The notes beneath the pieces are model-generated. The model searched no databases. It saw only the letters and a list, made by a program, of their open reading frames with translations, and was not told the DNA's origin. This document shows, in pieces, positions 46,171 to 56,253 of a stretch of DNA of 64,000 nt; position 1 is the first letter of the stretch; each line of letters opens with the position of its first letter. Source of the stretch: Chlorobiota bacterium. GTDB taxonomy: Bacteria; Bacteroidota; Ignavibacteria; Kapaibacteriales; UBA2268. Both the position numbers and the translations under genes were made by a program. Location: the NCBI GenBank assembly GCA_046290495.1, contig JBKAGT010000006.1, positions 50,056 through 114,055 on the forward strand, given 5' to 3'.

Positions 46171-47364
46171 CTATTTTATTAGACCAAACTCATGTCCCAC
46201 TTCACCAAATACTTGAAGTATTTTGTCTAAGTGTTCTTTTTCGTGAGTAGCCATATAGCTAGTTCTCATCATACTCATTGTAGGTGGTACACCAGGAGGT
46301 ATAAATGCATTCACAAATACTCCAGCATCGTATAAGCGTCTCCACATCATAAGTGCTTTTTCTACATCTCCAACAATAACCGGAACAATTGCCGTTAAGC
46401 TATCAAGTACTTCGAATCCTAATTCATTGAATCCTTTACGCATGTAGTCAGCATTATCTTTAAGCTGAGTAACTCTCTCAGGTTCTCTTTCCAATACATT
46501 CAGCGCTGCCAAAGTAGCTGCACATGATGAAGGAGTCGGACTAGCAGAGAATATAAGAGCAGGAGAAGTGTGTTTTACAAAATCAATTACTTTACTAGGA
46601 CCAGCAACAAAGCCACCAAGTGAAGCAAAAGTTTTTGAAAAAGTTCCCATAATCATATCAGTTTCAGATGTTTTACCATAGTGACTAGCAGTACCTCTAC
46701 CACCTTCACCAACAACACCAGTAGCGTGAGCATCATCAATCAAAACTCTTGCATTGTATTTTCTTGCAATTTCAATAAGCTCAGGAAGATGTACTAACTC
46801 ACCAGTTACAGAAAACACACCATCAGAAACGATAAGCTTACCTGCATCCATTGGTAAAGAGCTCAGCACTCTTTCCAAATCATTCATATCATTATGTTTG
46901 TATCTTTTGAAATCTACGAAAGCGCCTTTAGCCATCATAGCACCATTAATCAAACATGCATGATTCTCTTTGTCCATTATTATGTATTCACCCTTGGTAG
47001 GTAAAGCTGATATAGTACCAATACCAGTCTGGTAACCTGTACTAAATAACAATACTTCTTCAAATCCAAGGTATTTTGCCAATCTTTCTTCAAGTTCGAT
47101 GTGCAGGTCCAAAGTACCAGTTAGATATCTGGATCCCGAACAACCCGTTCCATATTTTTCTATTGCTTTTATTCCTGCTTCGCGTACTTCTGGGTGAGCT
47201 GTTAGACCTAAGTAGTTGTTGGATCCAGCCATAATGACTTTTCTTCCTTCCATACTAACTACAGGGCCTTCATTCTCTTCTACAGCACGGAAATAAGGGT
47301 ATATACCTTTTTCCTTTGCTTCGTCAGCCACATGAAAATGATACGCTTTTTCGAATAAATCCAC
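46171..47364 (-). CDS. PLP-dependent alpha-oxoamine synthase family acyltransferase (serine palmitoyltransferase / Kbl / BioF-like)
   Basis: 397 aa. GTG start, which aligns with the Kbl N-terminus. GSNNYLGL, DDAHATGVVG, GTFSKTFASLGG (PLP-Lys motif closest to SPT-type). Confidence 0.8.
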   Translation of the reverse strand: MDLFEKAYHFHVADEAKEKGIYPYFRAVEENEGPVVSMEGRKVIMAGSNNYLGLTAHPEVREAGIKAIEKYGTGCSGSRYLTGTLDLHIELEERLAKYLGFEEVLLFSTGYQTGIGTISALPTKGEYIIMDKENHACLINGAMMAKGAFVDFKRYKHNDMNDLERVLSSLPMDAGKLIVSDGVFSVTGELVHLPELIEIARKYNARVLIDDAHATGVVGEGGRGTASHYGKTSETDMIMGTFSKTFASLGGFVAGPSKVIDFVKHTSPALIFSASPTPSSCAATLAALNVLEREPERVTQLKDNADYMRKGFNELGFEVLDSLTAIVPVIVGDVEKALMMWRRLYDAGVFVNAFIPPGVPPTMSMMRTSYMATHEKEHLDKILQVFGEVGHEFGLIK

Positions 47365-47465
47365 ATTAACCTCTTTTACATATCTTATGTTCTATTTTTA
47401 AAAAACAAATATACTGAATATTCCCTTAACTCAAAAAACATAAATTACTAACTCAAGTGGATAAA

Positions 47466-47780
47466 CTAGTCTAATTCTTTTGGTATCCATCTGTGAGTTT
47501 TCATATCAACTGAATCACCAACAAAAGCTACACCCTCAGCTTCCAACAGATCTCTCATAAATGTAGGAGTAGGGAAGTGCATACGTCCTGTTAGTTCGCC
47601 ATTTCTATTCACAACTCGGTGTGCAGGAACTTTCATATCTCCTTTGCCAGAGTTGAGAACCCACCCAACATAACGAGCAGAAGAACGCATACCAATAGCT
47701 TTGGCTATGTCGCCATAAGTGGTTACTTTACCAACTGGTATTGATGCCACTATTTTATTTATTTTTTCGTTTACAGTCAT
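47466..47780 (-). CDS. MGMT-family alkyltransferase-like protein (DNA-binding domain; active-site Cys replaced, PAHRVV)
   Basis: Start taken at ATG 47780 (MTVNEKINKIVASIPVGKVTTYGDIAKAIG..). The track's 47852 start is TTG. PAHRVV replaces PCHRVV, as in ATL/YbaZ-type proteins. Confidence 0.65.
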   Translation of the reverse strand: MTVNEKINKIVASIPVGKVTTYGDIAKAIGMRSSARYVGWVLNSGKGDMKVPAHRVVNRNGELTGRMHFPTPTFMRDLLEAEGVAFVGDSVDMKTHRWIPKELD

Positions 47781-47865
47781 AGTTATGAGTAATAATAATA
47801 TATTTTTTGATTTCTTACATGAGCGTATGTCTGGTGATTTGCCAGGTGCCAAAGCTCATATTAAA

Positions 47866-48423
47866 ATGGCTCCATTTGGTGATTTGGAAAGGTTGGAAAA
47901 TAACAAACCTAGGCCTAATTCCAAAAGGAGTGCAGTATTGCTATTACTTACGGAAAATAAGGATGTTTTGTTCACTTTAAGAAGTAGCAAGTTAAGAAAA
48001 CATAGTGGCCAAATTTCATTCCCTGGTGGAAGACAAGACCCAAATGAAACTGACGAAGAGACTGCACTTAGAGAGACGGAGGAAGAAGTAGGAATACCAC
48101 CAAGTAACATAGATGTAATGGGTACATTATCTCACTTATATGTACCACCTTCTGATAGTGTAATTCAACCTGTTGTAGCAAGATTAAACAAGCCATCACC
48201 TATTAAAGTAAATCCTGATGAAGTTGACGAGGCATTTTTTGTTAATCTCAACAAATTTGAGGGAGAAGAGAAATTAAAAGTTAAGAGCACAGAATATAAA
48301 GGTAAGCCTTTTTCATTTCCATATTGGGATGTCCATCACAAAGTGCCACTTTGGGGTGCAACCGCTATAATTATGAGTGAATTTATGCATTTAGTAGATG
48401 AATTTACTCATAAAAATTCTTAA
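47866..48423 (+). CDS. NUDIX hydrolase, CoA pyrophosphatase (NudL-like)
   Basis: Nudix box GGRQDPNETDEETALRETEEEVGI, preceded by ..RSAVLLLLTENKDVLFTLRSSKLRKHSGQISFPGG aligning with NudL. The track's GTG start at 47719 overlaps the divergent MGMT-like gene; ATG 47827 is an alternative start. Confidence 0.7.
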   Translation: MAPFGDLERLENNKPRPNSKRSAVLLLLTENKDVLFTLRSSKLRKHSGQISFPGGRQDPNETDEETALRETEEEVGIPPSNIDVMGTLSHLYVPPSDSVIQPVVARLNKPSPIKVNPDEVDEAFFVNLNKFEGEEKLKVKSTEYKGKPFSFPYWDVHHKVPLWGATAIIMSEFMHLVDEFTHKNS

Positions 48424-48435
48424 TTTGCCTAGACT

Positions 48436-49830
48436 ATGAATGACAAAAATGATAATAAAGTAAATTGGTCTATTCCGCCAATAAGTGAAGATATTCCTTT
48501 GTTTGAAGCACCAAAAATTAAGAGAATTCCTCTTGATAAAGATGCAGAGTTGATGCATTATCACAATGACTCTCATCCTCTGGTTTCTTTCAAGATTATA
48601 TTTCACAAAGGAACTGCACAAGAAGAGTATCCTGGTATTTCTAAAGTGATGTTTGAGTTACTCTCTTCTGGAACACAAAAAAGAACTGCTTTCGAATTCG
48701 CATCAGAATTGGACTACCTCGGAGCTTCTATCAACTTCAATGAAAGTAAGGATTATGCTGTGGCGAGATTAAATACGTTATCAGAAGTCTTCGAATCCTC
48801 TTTCGAGCTTTTTTTGGAATCACTATTAGAACCCAAATTTGACGAGAAGGAAGTTGAAAAAACAATCCGAAAATTAATTTCTGCTAAACAACAGGAAGAA
48901 TCTGATTCGAGCTATTTATCCTCAACAGCTATGATGACTGCACTGTTTCGTGAGCACCCATATGGCTCACCCGAATACGGTTATGCTGATCAGATAGATA
49001 ATATCAACAGAAAAAATATAAAGAATAATTGGGAATCTTATGTTAACGAATCAAAGATTTCGATTGTAGCAACTGGCGCTATTAGTGAATCGGATGCTGT
49101 TCGGTATTCCCAACAAATAGTTGATAAAATGTGTTCCGATGTAATAGACAAAGAAATTGAAGAGATTCCTAAAAGGGAGCAAAACAAATTAGTACTAGTT
49201 GATTATGATTCGGAGAACCAATCGCTAATTAGGGTTGGCAAACCAACTATAAATATCTTAGATGAAAACTATGCTGCTCTTAGTTTGCTAAATGTTATTT
49301 ATGGTGGCTACTTTATGTCTCGTTTGAATAACTTAATAAGAGAGCAAAAGGGACTAAGCTATGGGGTACATTCATCTTTGAGTTCTGCAAAGTGTACTGG
49401 TCTTCTTGGTGTAGGTACTTCTGTAAAAGCAGCCAACACTCAGGAAGTAGTTAATGATATAATAGAAGAAATGTCGCTTCTATCAAATGAAATGCTTGAA
49501 GAAAAAGAGCTAAAAAGAGCTAAGAATTATTTTTTAGGAAGTTTCCTAAGAAGTGCAGAGAGTTATAAGCAGATATCAAAAATGCTTGTTACCATGACTA
49601 TAAATGGATTAGCTGTTAATTATTATGATGAGTTTTATAACAAGATTAGAAGAATCAGAAGTGATGATTTGTTCAGCGCACAAATAGATTTACTGAAACC
49701 AGAAGGGTTGGTAATAGCAATAGCTGGTAAAGTGGATAATATTGCTCCACAGTTTGACCAATTTATAGATAAATATGATCTACTCGATGCAGAAGGAAAA
49801 ATACTAAATAGAACTGAAAACAATAGTTAG
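48436..49830 (+). CDS. M16 (pitrilysin) family peptidase-like protein without the HxxEH zinc motif (probably non-catalytic)
   Basis: 464 aa. M16 fold-like halves. No HxxEH or inverted zinc-binding motif found. Confidence 0.65.
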   Translation: MNDKNDNKVNWSIPPISEDIPLFEAPKIKRIPLDKDAELMHYHNDSHPLVSFKIIFHKGTAQEEYPGISKVMFELLSSGTQKRTAFEFASELDYLGASINFNESKDYAVARLNTLSEVFESSFELFLESLLEPKFDEKEVEKTIRKLISAKQQEESDSSYLSSTAMMTALFREHPYGSPEYGYADQIDNINRKNIKNNWESYVNESKISIVATGAISESDAVRYSQQIVDKMCSDVIDKEIEEIPKREQNKLVLVDYDSENQSLIRVGKPTINILDENYAALSLLNVIYGGYFMSRLNNLIREQKGLSYGVHSSLSSAKCTGLLGVGTSVKAANTQEVVNDIIEEMSLLSNEMLEEKELKRAKNYFLGSFLRSAESYKQISKMLVTMTINGLAVNYYDEFYNKIRRIRSDDLFSAQIDLLKPEGLVIAIAGKVDNIAPQFDQFIDKYDLLDAEGKILNRTENNS

Positions 49831-49889
49831 TTCTTTTCGTATTGTTTTGGTGATAGGAATAAATAAAAAGAAAATAAACAAGAGAAAGA

Positions 49890-50861
49890 ATGGGAAAAGA
49901 TATAGAGCTGCTAAAAGAGTTAGCCGACTCAATCGGAAAAGTAAAATCAGAGGTATCGAAAGTAATAATTGGTCAACAAACTGTAGTTGAGGAGTTGTTG
50001 ATTTCTTTGTTTGCTAAAGGTAACTGTTTACTTGTTGGTGTACCAGGATTAGCAAAAACATTACTTATCAAATCACTTTCCGAATCACTACACCTAGATT
50101 TCTCTCGTATTCAATTTACTCCAGATCTGATGCCGGGTGATATAACTGGTACAGAAGTAATAGAGGACGACCGCACTACTGGTGGTAAGGTGTTTAGATT
50201 TGTAAAAGGCCCAATATTCTCGAATATAGTCTTGGCAGATGAGATAAATAGAACTCCTCCTAAAACCCAAGCTGCTCTTCTAGAAGCCATGCAGGAGCAT
50301 GAAGTAACAGCTGCTGGTCAGACACTTAAGTTAGATGAACCATTCTTTGTGTTGGCTACTCAAAACCCAATAGAACAAGAGGGGACATACCCATTGCCCG
50401 AAGCGCAATTGGATAGATTTATGTTTAACATTAATCTGGATTACCCATCTCAACAAGAAGAAATGGAAATAGTAAAATCCACTACAATCGAAAGAACCGA
50501 ACAGATAAATCAAGTCTTAGCCGCTGATAAGATTATTGAATTTCAAAACCTAATAAGAAGAATACCAGTTGCAGACAATGTGATTGAGTATGCCGTAAAT
50601 CTAGTCCGTAACACTAGACCAAAGCATACTGAAAACGAGATGGTTAAGAAATATATCAGCTATGGTGCTGGCCCAAGAGCAAGTCAATACCTTATATTGG
50701 GAGCAAAATCAAGAGCTGGTATTCGTGGTAATGCTACACCTGAGATTGATGACGTAAATGCAGTAGCAAACTCAGTGCTTCGCCACCGTATAGTTACTAA
50801 CTTCAACGCAGAAGCAGAAGGGATAGATACAGTAGATATTATAGCTAACTTGATTAAGTAG
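49890..50861 (+). CDS. MoxR-like AAA+ ATPase
   Basis: 323 aa. Walker A GVPGLAKT, Walker B LADEINR. Typical MoxR length and C-terminal lid. Confidence 0.9.
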   Translation: MGKDIELLKELADSIGKVKSEVSKVIIGQQTVVEELLISLFAKGNCLLVGVPGLAKTLLIKSLSESLHLDFSRIQFTPDLMPGDITGTEVIEDDRTTGGKVFRFVKGPIFSNIVLADEINRTPPKTQAALLEAMQEHEVTAAGQTLKLDEPFFVLATQNPIEQEGTYPLPEAQLDRFMFNINLDYPSQQEEMEIVKSTTIERTEQINQVLAADKIIEFQNLIRRIPVADNVIEYAVNLVRNTRPKHTENEMVKKYISYGAGPRASQYLILGAKSRAGIRGNATPEIDDVNAVANSVLRHRIVTNFNAEAEGIDTVDIIANLIK

Positions 50862-50895
50862 AACGATAGATAGAAAATAGAAAAGCAAATTAAAA

Positions 50896-50924
50896 AGCCA
50901 CTCAGAACGTAATTCTAAGTGGCT
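50896..50924. terminator. bidirectional terminator between convergent MoxR and TonB receptor genes
   Basis: AGCCACTCAGAA-cgtaa-TTCTAAGTGGCT (12-bp stem, 11 pairs). Confidence 0.6.
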
Positions 50925-50949
50925 TAATAGTTTTAATACTTCTATTTCT

Positions 50950-53418
50950 TTAGAAGTTATAACTCACCCTCATAGTAGTAAGTCTAGGAATTGGAGTACC
51001 ACCAAATACCTGATAGTGGAACTGGTTGAAAACATTATAGATGTTCAATCCTAATTCCATATTTGGTAATATATGGTAGCCTGCACTTAGATTTAGCAAA
51101 GTATATGAAGGAATTTGTCCTACGTTTATACCTGCTAACCAGTCATATCCTTCTACGTGATTTACCTGTAAACTAACGTCAAATTCCTCTGGTACATCGT
51201 ATGTTATTGATGCGTTTACTCTGTGAGGTGATGCATTTGGTAACAACTCTGGGTCATCTTCATCTAAATTGATAATGGCATCATAGTAAGTATAATTTAG
51301 TGTTAGTTTTAGTTCATCAGTGAAGTAATAATTAGCTCCTAATTCCAATCCGTATTGCTCTACGCTACCGATGTTACCATTCGACAATGCATGCAATGGA
51401 GTTCCATCAAGCTGAACAAGAGGTGCATTGTTCGCATAGTTTTCTAAAGCTTCATAGACCATATCAGTAGCGAGCTGGTTGTACTGTGCGAAATCACCAC
51501 TCAAAGAAGCTCCCCATTTCTCAAGATCTTCGTTCGCATTTGGGACAAAAACTGTAACGAAATCACGTATTTGATTGTAATAAACATCGGCAGTGATATA
51601 TAACTTTTCACTGATAATACCTTTGTAGCCAAACTCATATCCTAAGTTTTTCTCCAATTCTAATTCCTCATTACCTAATGCACGTGAAATAGGTTGCGGC
51701 AAATTGTTTGCGAATTGTGGATTTCTAGGGTCGTTAGTTATTAGGTTTAAGCTCTCACCTGAGGCATCTTGTCCTGAGAGAGTGGAAATAGAATCCAAAA
51801 TATCGGCTTGAAGTTCATTATAGTTAAATAGTCCATTTGTTGAGTATTTTTCTCCTGTTGCAAAAGCTGGAGCTATAGGTGACCATCTGAAATACTCATT
51901 ATAAGTGGGTCTTTGGAAACTTCTACTAACACTTAACCTTAGTGTGTGGTTTTCATCAGCATCGTAAACTAATGCAGCACGAGGAGAGAAGAAGCTGTCA
52001 TGAATGTTTGATTGGTCCATTCTAGCAGATGCTACAAATTTGAAATCATCAGTCATTTCCCAAGACATTTGTCCATAAAGACCATAGAAATCAGCATCTA
52101 CATCACGAGACAATGTTCTGTTTTGAGCTAAGAGTTGTTTGTCATAGCTTGCTCCAAAAATTAAGTGAATATCTTCATCTTCATCAGCATAGAAATTATA
52201 CTGAGCATCAATTAGCATATCGTGCTCATCATTTTGCGTGAAAAAGTCAGCGTGTAAGAACCAAATAGAATCTCTACTATATCTGTTCGTGTAGTGAGTG
52301 TGCAAATTGAAGTTCTCTGAATTGTACTCTAGTCTAGCATATGGCTTGTAAAGGTCTTTCACAAGTACTCTTCCTAGGTTGAATGAATATGTATCATTAC
52401 CAGAATTAGACATACCTACTTCAGCTACAACTCTTTTGTCAACGTCAAAATCATAGTCCATTCTAAATGTACCATAAGTCGCAAATGTCTCTCTCTCATC
52501 TGGTGTCAATGCTCTTCTTTCAAGTTGTAATCCATCGTATTCTAATTGAGATTCTTCAACTCGACTTCTGGAAAGGTTCAAACTTTGACTACGACCTAAA
52601 GTTAATTTATAGCTTAAATTATCATTGATTAAACCAGCATGTCGCAAATCTAATCTACCTGTTTGATAATCTCCGCCAGTAAGAGTTACTTTCGTTCCTA
52701 ATACATCTCTTGGAGAAAAACTCTTCATATTGATAACACCGTTGAAGGCATTTGCACCATATAATGCAGCGTTAGGACCACGGACGAATTCAATTGTTTC
52801 AAATTCATCTGCTGGTAATTGGAATGAATTCCACTCTTGTGCAGATAATAACATCAAGTGGTTCTCTCTACCGTCTTGAAGAACTAAAACACGTTTGTTC
52901 ATTGTGTTCGCAAATCCACGAGTGTTTACAGTGTAGTCTGTTGTACCACTTCTGAGTACTTCTACACCAGTCATTCCTTCGAACGCAGCCCCGAGCTGGT
53001 TCATACGAGCTTTCTCTTGTATCTGCTCAGCGTACATTACGTCAATAGAGCCAGGTGATTCTGTCACCTTTTCTAGCTTTTTAGAGCTGGCAGTAACCTC
53101 CAGATCATCGAATTTATATGTTTGGTAATCTAACTCTACTAGGACGTCTGCGCCATTATCTGCATCTACAGTTCTGGTGTATTTTTGAAAACCATTTTCT
53201 TTTATGAAAATAGTTTTCTCACCAGAGTACTCTTCATAGAATGAAAATATGCCGTATTCATCAGTAACAGCTATGTCACCAGTTTCAACTATCTTAACAA
53301 CTACTTTTTTCATAGCTTTTCCAGTGTTTGCGTTTACTACTTTACCAGTTATGTTAGCAAACAGACTAGAAATGGTTATGAAATAGACAATAGCAGTAAG
53401 TAATATTAGCTTTTTCAT
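50950..53418 (-). CDS. TonB-dependent receptor with N-terminal CarboxypepD_reg domain
   Basis: 822 aa. Signal peptide. Plug. C-terminal ..RVSYNF (terminal Phe). Start overlaps the MFS stop (TAATG). Confidence 0.85.
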   Translation of the reverse strand: MKKLILLTAIVYFITISSLFANITGKVVNANTGKAMKKVVVKIVETGDIAVTDEYGIFSFYEEYSGEKTIFIKENGFQKYTRTVDADNGADVLVELDYQTYKFDDLEVTASSKKLEKVTESPGSIDVMYAEQIQEKARMNQLGAAFEGMTGVEVLRSGTTDYTVNTRGFANTMNKRVLVLQDGRENHLMLLSAQEWNSFQLPADEFETIEFVRGPNAALYGANAFNGVINMKSFSPRDVLGTKVTLTGGDYQTGRLDLRHAGLINDNLSYKLTLGRSQSLNLSRSRVEESQLEYDGLQLERRALTPDERETFATYGTFRMDYDFDVDKRVVAEVGMSNSGNDTYSFNLGRVLVKDLYKPYARLEYNSENFNLHTHYTNRYSRDSIWFLHADFFTQNDEHDMLIDAQYNFYADEDEDIHLIFGASYDKQLLAQNRTLSRDVDADFYGLYGQMSWEMTDDFKFVASARMDQSNIHDSFFSPRAALVYDADENHTLRLSVSRSFQRPTYNEYFRWSPIAPAFATGEKYSTNGLFNYNELQADILDSISTLSGQDASGESLNLITNDPRNPQFANNLPQPISRALGNEELELEKNLGYEFGYKGIISEKLYITADVYYNQIRDFVTVFVPNANEDLEKWGASLSGDFAQYNQLATDMVYEALENYANNAPLVQLDGTPLHALSNGNIGSVEQYGLELGANYYFTDELKLTLNYTYYDAIINLDEDDPELLPNASPHRVNASITYDVPEEFDVSLQVNHVEGYDWLAGINVGQIPSYTLLNLSAGYHILPNMELGLNIYNVFNQFHYQVFGGTPIPRLTTMRVSYNF

Positions 53419-54593
53419 TATGCTAAATCCTTATTTTTGTATGTGAATGTAAAAATTAAAAATATTGTTATCGAAAATAATATTGCTGTATAGTAAACAC
53501 CGTTTATACCTATACTATCTGAGTATAGTGTGAAAATTATACCAGCTAGCACTGGGCCTAAAGCTTGACCTACTTGTGATATCATTCTGTTGAACGACAT
53601 AAGTAAAGCACGGTTATTTTCAGTGCTGAATTTTATTATCATTGATTGCGAGTTTGGTAGTACAAATGAATGTGCAACTCCAAAAATTGCTGTAGATACA
53701 AACAGCATGTACCAATCTGAATAGAATGGTATCAGCCCAAGAGCTAAACCATAACCAAGTAATCCAATTTGAAGTAAAGATTTGTGTCTATATCTTTTAA
53801 GTATCTTACCGAGAAAATATGCTGTGAAAGAAGTACAAAGGGACATACTAGCAAGTATAATGCCTATGGTTGACGGTTCTAGAGAAAACCGTTCTTTGGC
53901 TACAAATGGGACATAAGTCAAAAATGGCCCCATAAGAATAATGAATAGCGATACGCTTACTAAGAGCAAGACTACTAAGTTCTTATCTTTCAGCACACTT
54001 GTGAAGCTTTTAAAATATAAGCCAAATTGACTTCGTTTGGTTTTAATATTAATATCTAGAAAAAGTGCTATATAAATAGCAATTGGTATAGCTGCCAGTG
54101 GCATATAGAATACATATCGATAAGATATGTCAGAAAGTAATCCACCAATAATAGGAAAAGCTCCAGTGCCTAAGCTGAGTATACTATGATTGAAACCCAT
54201 TATTTTTGGCCTTGACTCTGGAGGGAAAATATCTCCAATTAACGCTACATTAAGAGCACCTAGTGATGCTGCTCCCACACCTTGTAAAAATCTGAATGAC
54301 AATAGTAAATTAAAAGTATCTGCTACGGAACATAAGAATCCAGCAATACCAAACAAAAGTAAAGCAGGAACAACTACTATTTTTCTTCCGAATTTGTCAG
54401 ATAGAAACCCGAAGACTGGTGTTAATAATATACCTGGAATCGCAAATACTGCTATTATTAATCCATAATCCTTATCTGCTACGTTGAATTCCGATGCAAT
54501 ATCTGGTAGCGCAGGCGATACGGATGCGATACCCAGAACAGCCATCAATGTGATAGAGAATATGATTATGAAGTATCGTAGCTTAAAGTCCAA
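53418..54593 (-). CDS. MFS transporter
   Basis: 391 aa, 12 TM helices. TTG start preserves TM1. Overlaps the menA 3' end by 11 nt. Confidence 0.8.
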   Translation of the reverse strand: MDFKLRYFIIIFSITLMAVLGIASVSPALPDIASEFNVADKDYGLIIAVFAIPGILLTPVFGFLSDKFGRKIVVVPALLLFGIAGFLCSVADTFNLLLSFRFLQGVGAASLGALNVALIGDIFPPESRPKIMGFNHSILSLGTGAFPIIGGLLSDISYRYVFYMPLAAIPIAIYIALFLDINIKTKRSQFGLYFKSFTSVLKDKNLVVLLLVSVSLFIILMGPFLTYVPFVAKERFSLEPSTIGIILASMSLCTSFTAYFLGKILKRYRHKSLLQIGLLGYGLALGLIPFYSDWYMLFVSTAIFGVAHSFVLPNSQSMIIKFSTENNRALLMSFNRMISQVGQALGPVLAGIIFTLYSDSIGINGVYYTAILFSITIFLIFTFTYKNKDLA

Positions 54594-55461
54594 TTAATAT
54601 TCCTACGGTTAGTAAAGTAGAGTTCAAAATCATAAGAAGTGCAGTAAGTGCCAATACTTTGTTGTATTCTCTACCTTCTGCTAAGATTAGTTTTTTGACC
54701 ACTATGGCAGCCAAGGGAATAGTAATCAAAGGCAAAAGCAGTAAGTAATCAGTCTTTATTATTGCGAGGTAGCACTCTATTACAAAAACTAAAAACGTTA
54801 AAATTACATAAAGAGCGATGGACTTCTTTGGTCCAATTTTTACTGCCAATGTGTTTTTATTCACAGCTTTGTCAGTTTCTATGTCTCTAATATTATTCAC
54901 GGATAATATATTCATAGACAGTATACCTGGCACAAATGAGCTAGCTAAAATGAAATTATCAATATATCCAGCATAAACATAGAAAGTACCACAAACAGCA
55001 ACTAGACCAAAAAACAATAGAACAAATACATCACCTAGACCATTGTAAGCAAGTGGATAAGGACCACCAGTGTAAGCCCAGCTAAATATTAGTGACAATA
55101 TGCCAATTATAAGAATTGAATAATCTGAGATGGAAACAAGGTAGAGACCAGCTATAAATGTAATTATTATTAATAACGCAGAGACGATCTTCATCGTCTT
55201 AGAACTTATAGCACCAATTGAAACAGAACGAACTGAACCTAATCTATTTTCGTTGTCTGCACCTTTTTTAAAATCATAAATTTCATTGATGAAATTTGTT
55301 ACTATTTGGATAGACATTGCGCAAAAAAGAATCACAATGAATGGCAACCATCTAAACTCACCTATGCTATGAGCATAAGCCGAACCTATAATCACAGGTG
55401 AAACACTAGCTGATAAAGTCTTCAAACGTAAGGCTGTTAGCCAGTCGGAAGCAGTAGCCAT
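54583..55461 (-). CDS. menA: 1,4-dihydroxy-2-naphthoate polyprenyltransferase (UbiA superfamily, MenA-like)
   Basis: 292 aa. NFINEIYDFKKGADNE (Asp-rich motif 1) and NNIRDIETDKAVNKNTLAVKIG, aligning with E. coli MenA NNLRDINSDRENGKNTLVVRLG. Confidence 0.8.
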   Translation of the reverse strand: MATASDWLTALRLKTLSASVSPVIIGSAYAHSIGEFRWLPFIVILFCAMSIQIVTNFINEIYDFKKGADNENRLGSVRSVSIGAISSKTMKIVSALLIIITFIAGLYLVSISDYSILIIGILSLIFSWAYTGGPYPLAYNGLGDVFVLLFFGLVAVCGTFYVYAGYIDNFILASSFVPGILSMNILSVNNIRDIETDKAVNKNTLAVKIGPKKSIALYVILTFLVFVIECYLAIIKTDYLLLLPLITIPLAAIVVKKLILAEGREYNKVLALTALLMILNSTLLTVGILIGL

Positions 55462-55572
55462 TTTTACTTTTGATATTAGTTAATAAGACAACTCACAAAA
55501 CTAAATAATATTAACTAATTATTTGAATGAAACTTATATGAATTGAATTTATTGATTGTAGTATTGTTAAAA

Positions 55573-56244
55573 TTAATCTTTGTAAATGAAATCAAAAAGC
55601 AAATACGAAGCAGTAGCAATTGCTCCCCCGTAAGCAATTATCTGATTAACATCAGCATATATTCTATCAAAGGATGCACCTACGATGCTTAGAATAGTTG
55701 CATCTATAGCTAAAAGTAGTATGGGTAGCAATAGTGGAAATGCTAGTACTGGGAACAATGCACCCTTGGATGATGATTTAGCAATTAATGCAGATATGAT
55801 TGTAGAAGATGCTGATATACCAAAACTACCTACTAATATGCAGAGCCAAAATAAATCCAGATGCATGATTTCGAAATTGGAGTTGAACAATATAAGTAAG
55901 AATACTCCTAGTGAGTTTGCTATCAGTCCAAATAATATATTATATAATATTTTACCAAAGAAAATACTTGTAGAATCAGAGTTTATTTTAAGAAATAACC
56001 ATGTATCTCTTTCTTCTTCATTAACAAAAATTCTCGATTGCCCTATCATAGAAGTGAAGAAAATTAGTACCCAAGTTATACCTGCGAACAGTTCGTCAGA
56101 TATATGCTTGGCAGATATAGCATAGCTAATAATAATAACAGAAGTTAGAACAAAAAGAAAAACAGCAGATGCAGAAGACAGATTTTTAATTTCAGTCTTA
56201 AGCTCTTTTTGAAGAACTCCATTTATTCTTTTTAGTGCTTCCAT
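55573..56244 (-). CDS. CcmB-like (heme exporter protein B / ABC-2-type) membrane protein
   Basis: 223 aa, 6 TM helices. Weak but collinear similarity to E. coli CcmB (..ALFPVLAFPLLLPILLLAIDATI.. vs ..SILVLPLTIPLLIFATAAMDAAS..). No ccmA or ccmC adjacent. Confidence 0.5.
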   Translation of the reverse strand: MEALKRINGVLQKELKTEIKNLSSASAVFLFVLTSVIIISYAISAKHISDELFAGITWVLIFFTSMIGQSRIFVNEEERDTWLFLKINSDSTSIFFGKILYNILFGLIANSLGVFLLILFNSNFEIMHLDLFWLCILVGSFGISASSTIISALIAKSSSKGALFPVLAFPLLLPILLLAIDATILSIVGASFDRIYADVNQIIAYGGAIATASYLLFDFIYKD

Positions 56245-56253
56245 GTTCTTACA

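Noticed and set aside
47719-47852. GTG start at 47719 for the NUDIX gene and TTG start at 47852 for the MGMT-like gene
   Set aside because: These choices make the two divergent genes overlap by about 130 nt. Internal ATGs (47780 on the minus strand; 47866 or 47827 on the plus strand) give family-typical N-termini and leave a shared intergenic promoter.
43708-53418. Polysaccharide utilisation locus (SusC/SusD) interpretation for the TonB-dependent receptors
   Set aside because: Neither receptor is followed by a SusD-like lipoprotein gene. Neighbours are a T9SS cargo gene, a MoxR ATPase and an MFS transporter, so these are generic TonB-dependent transporters.
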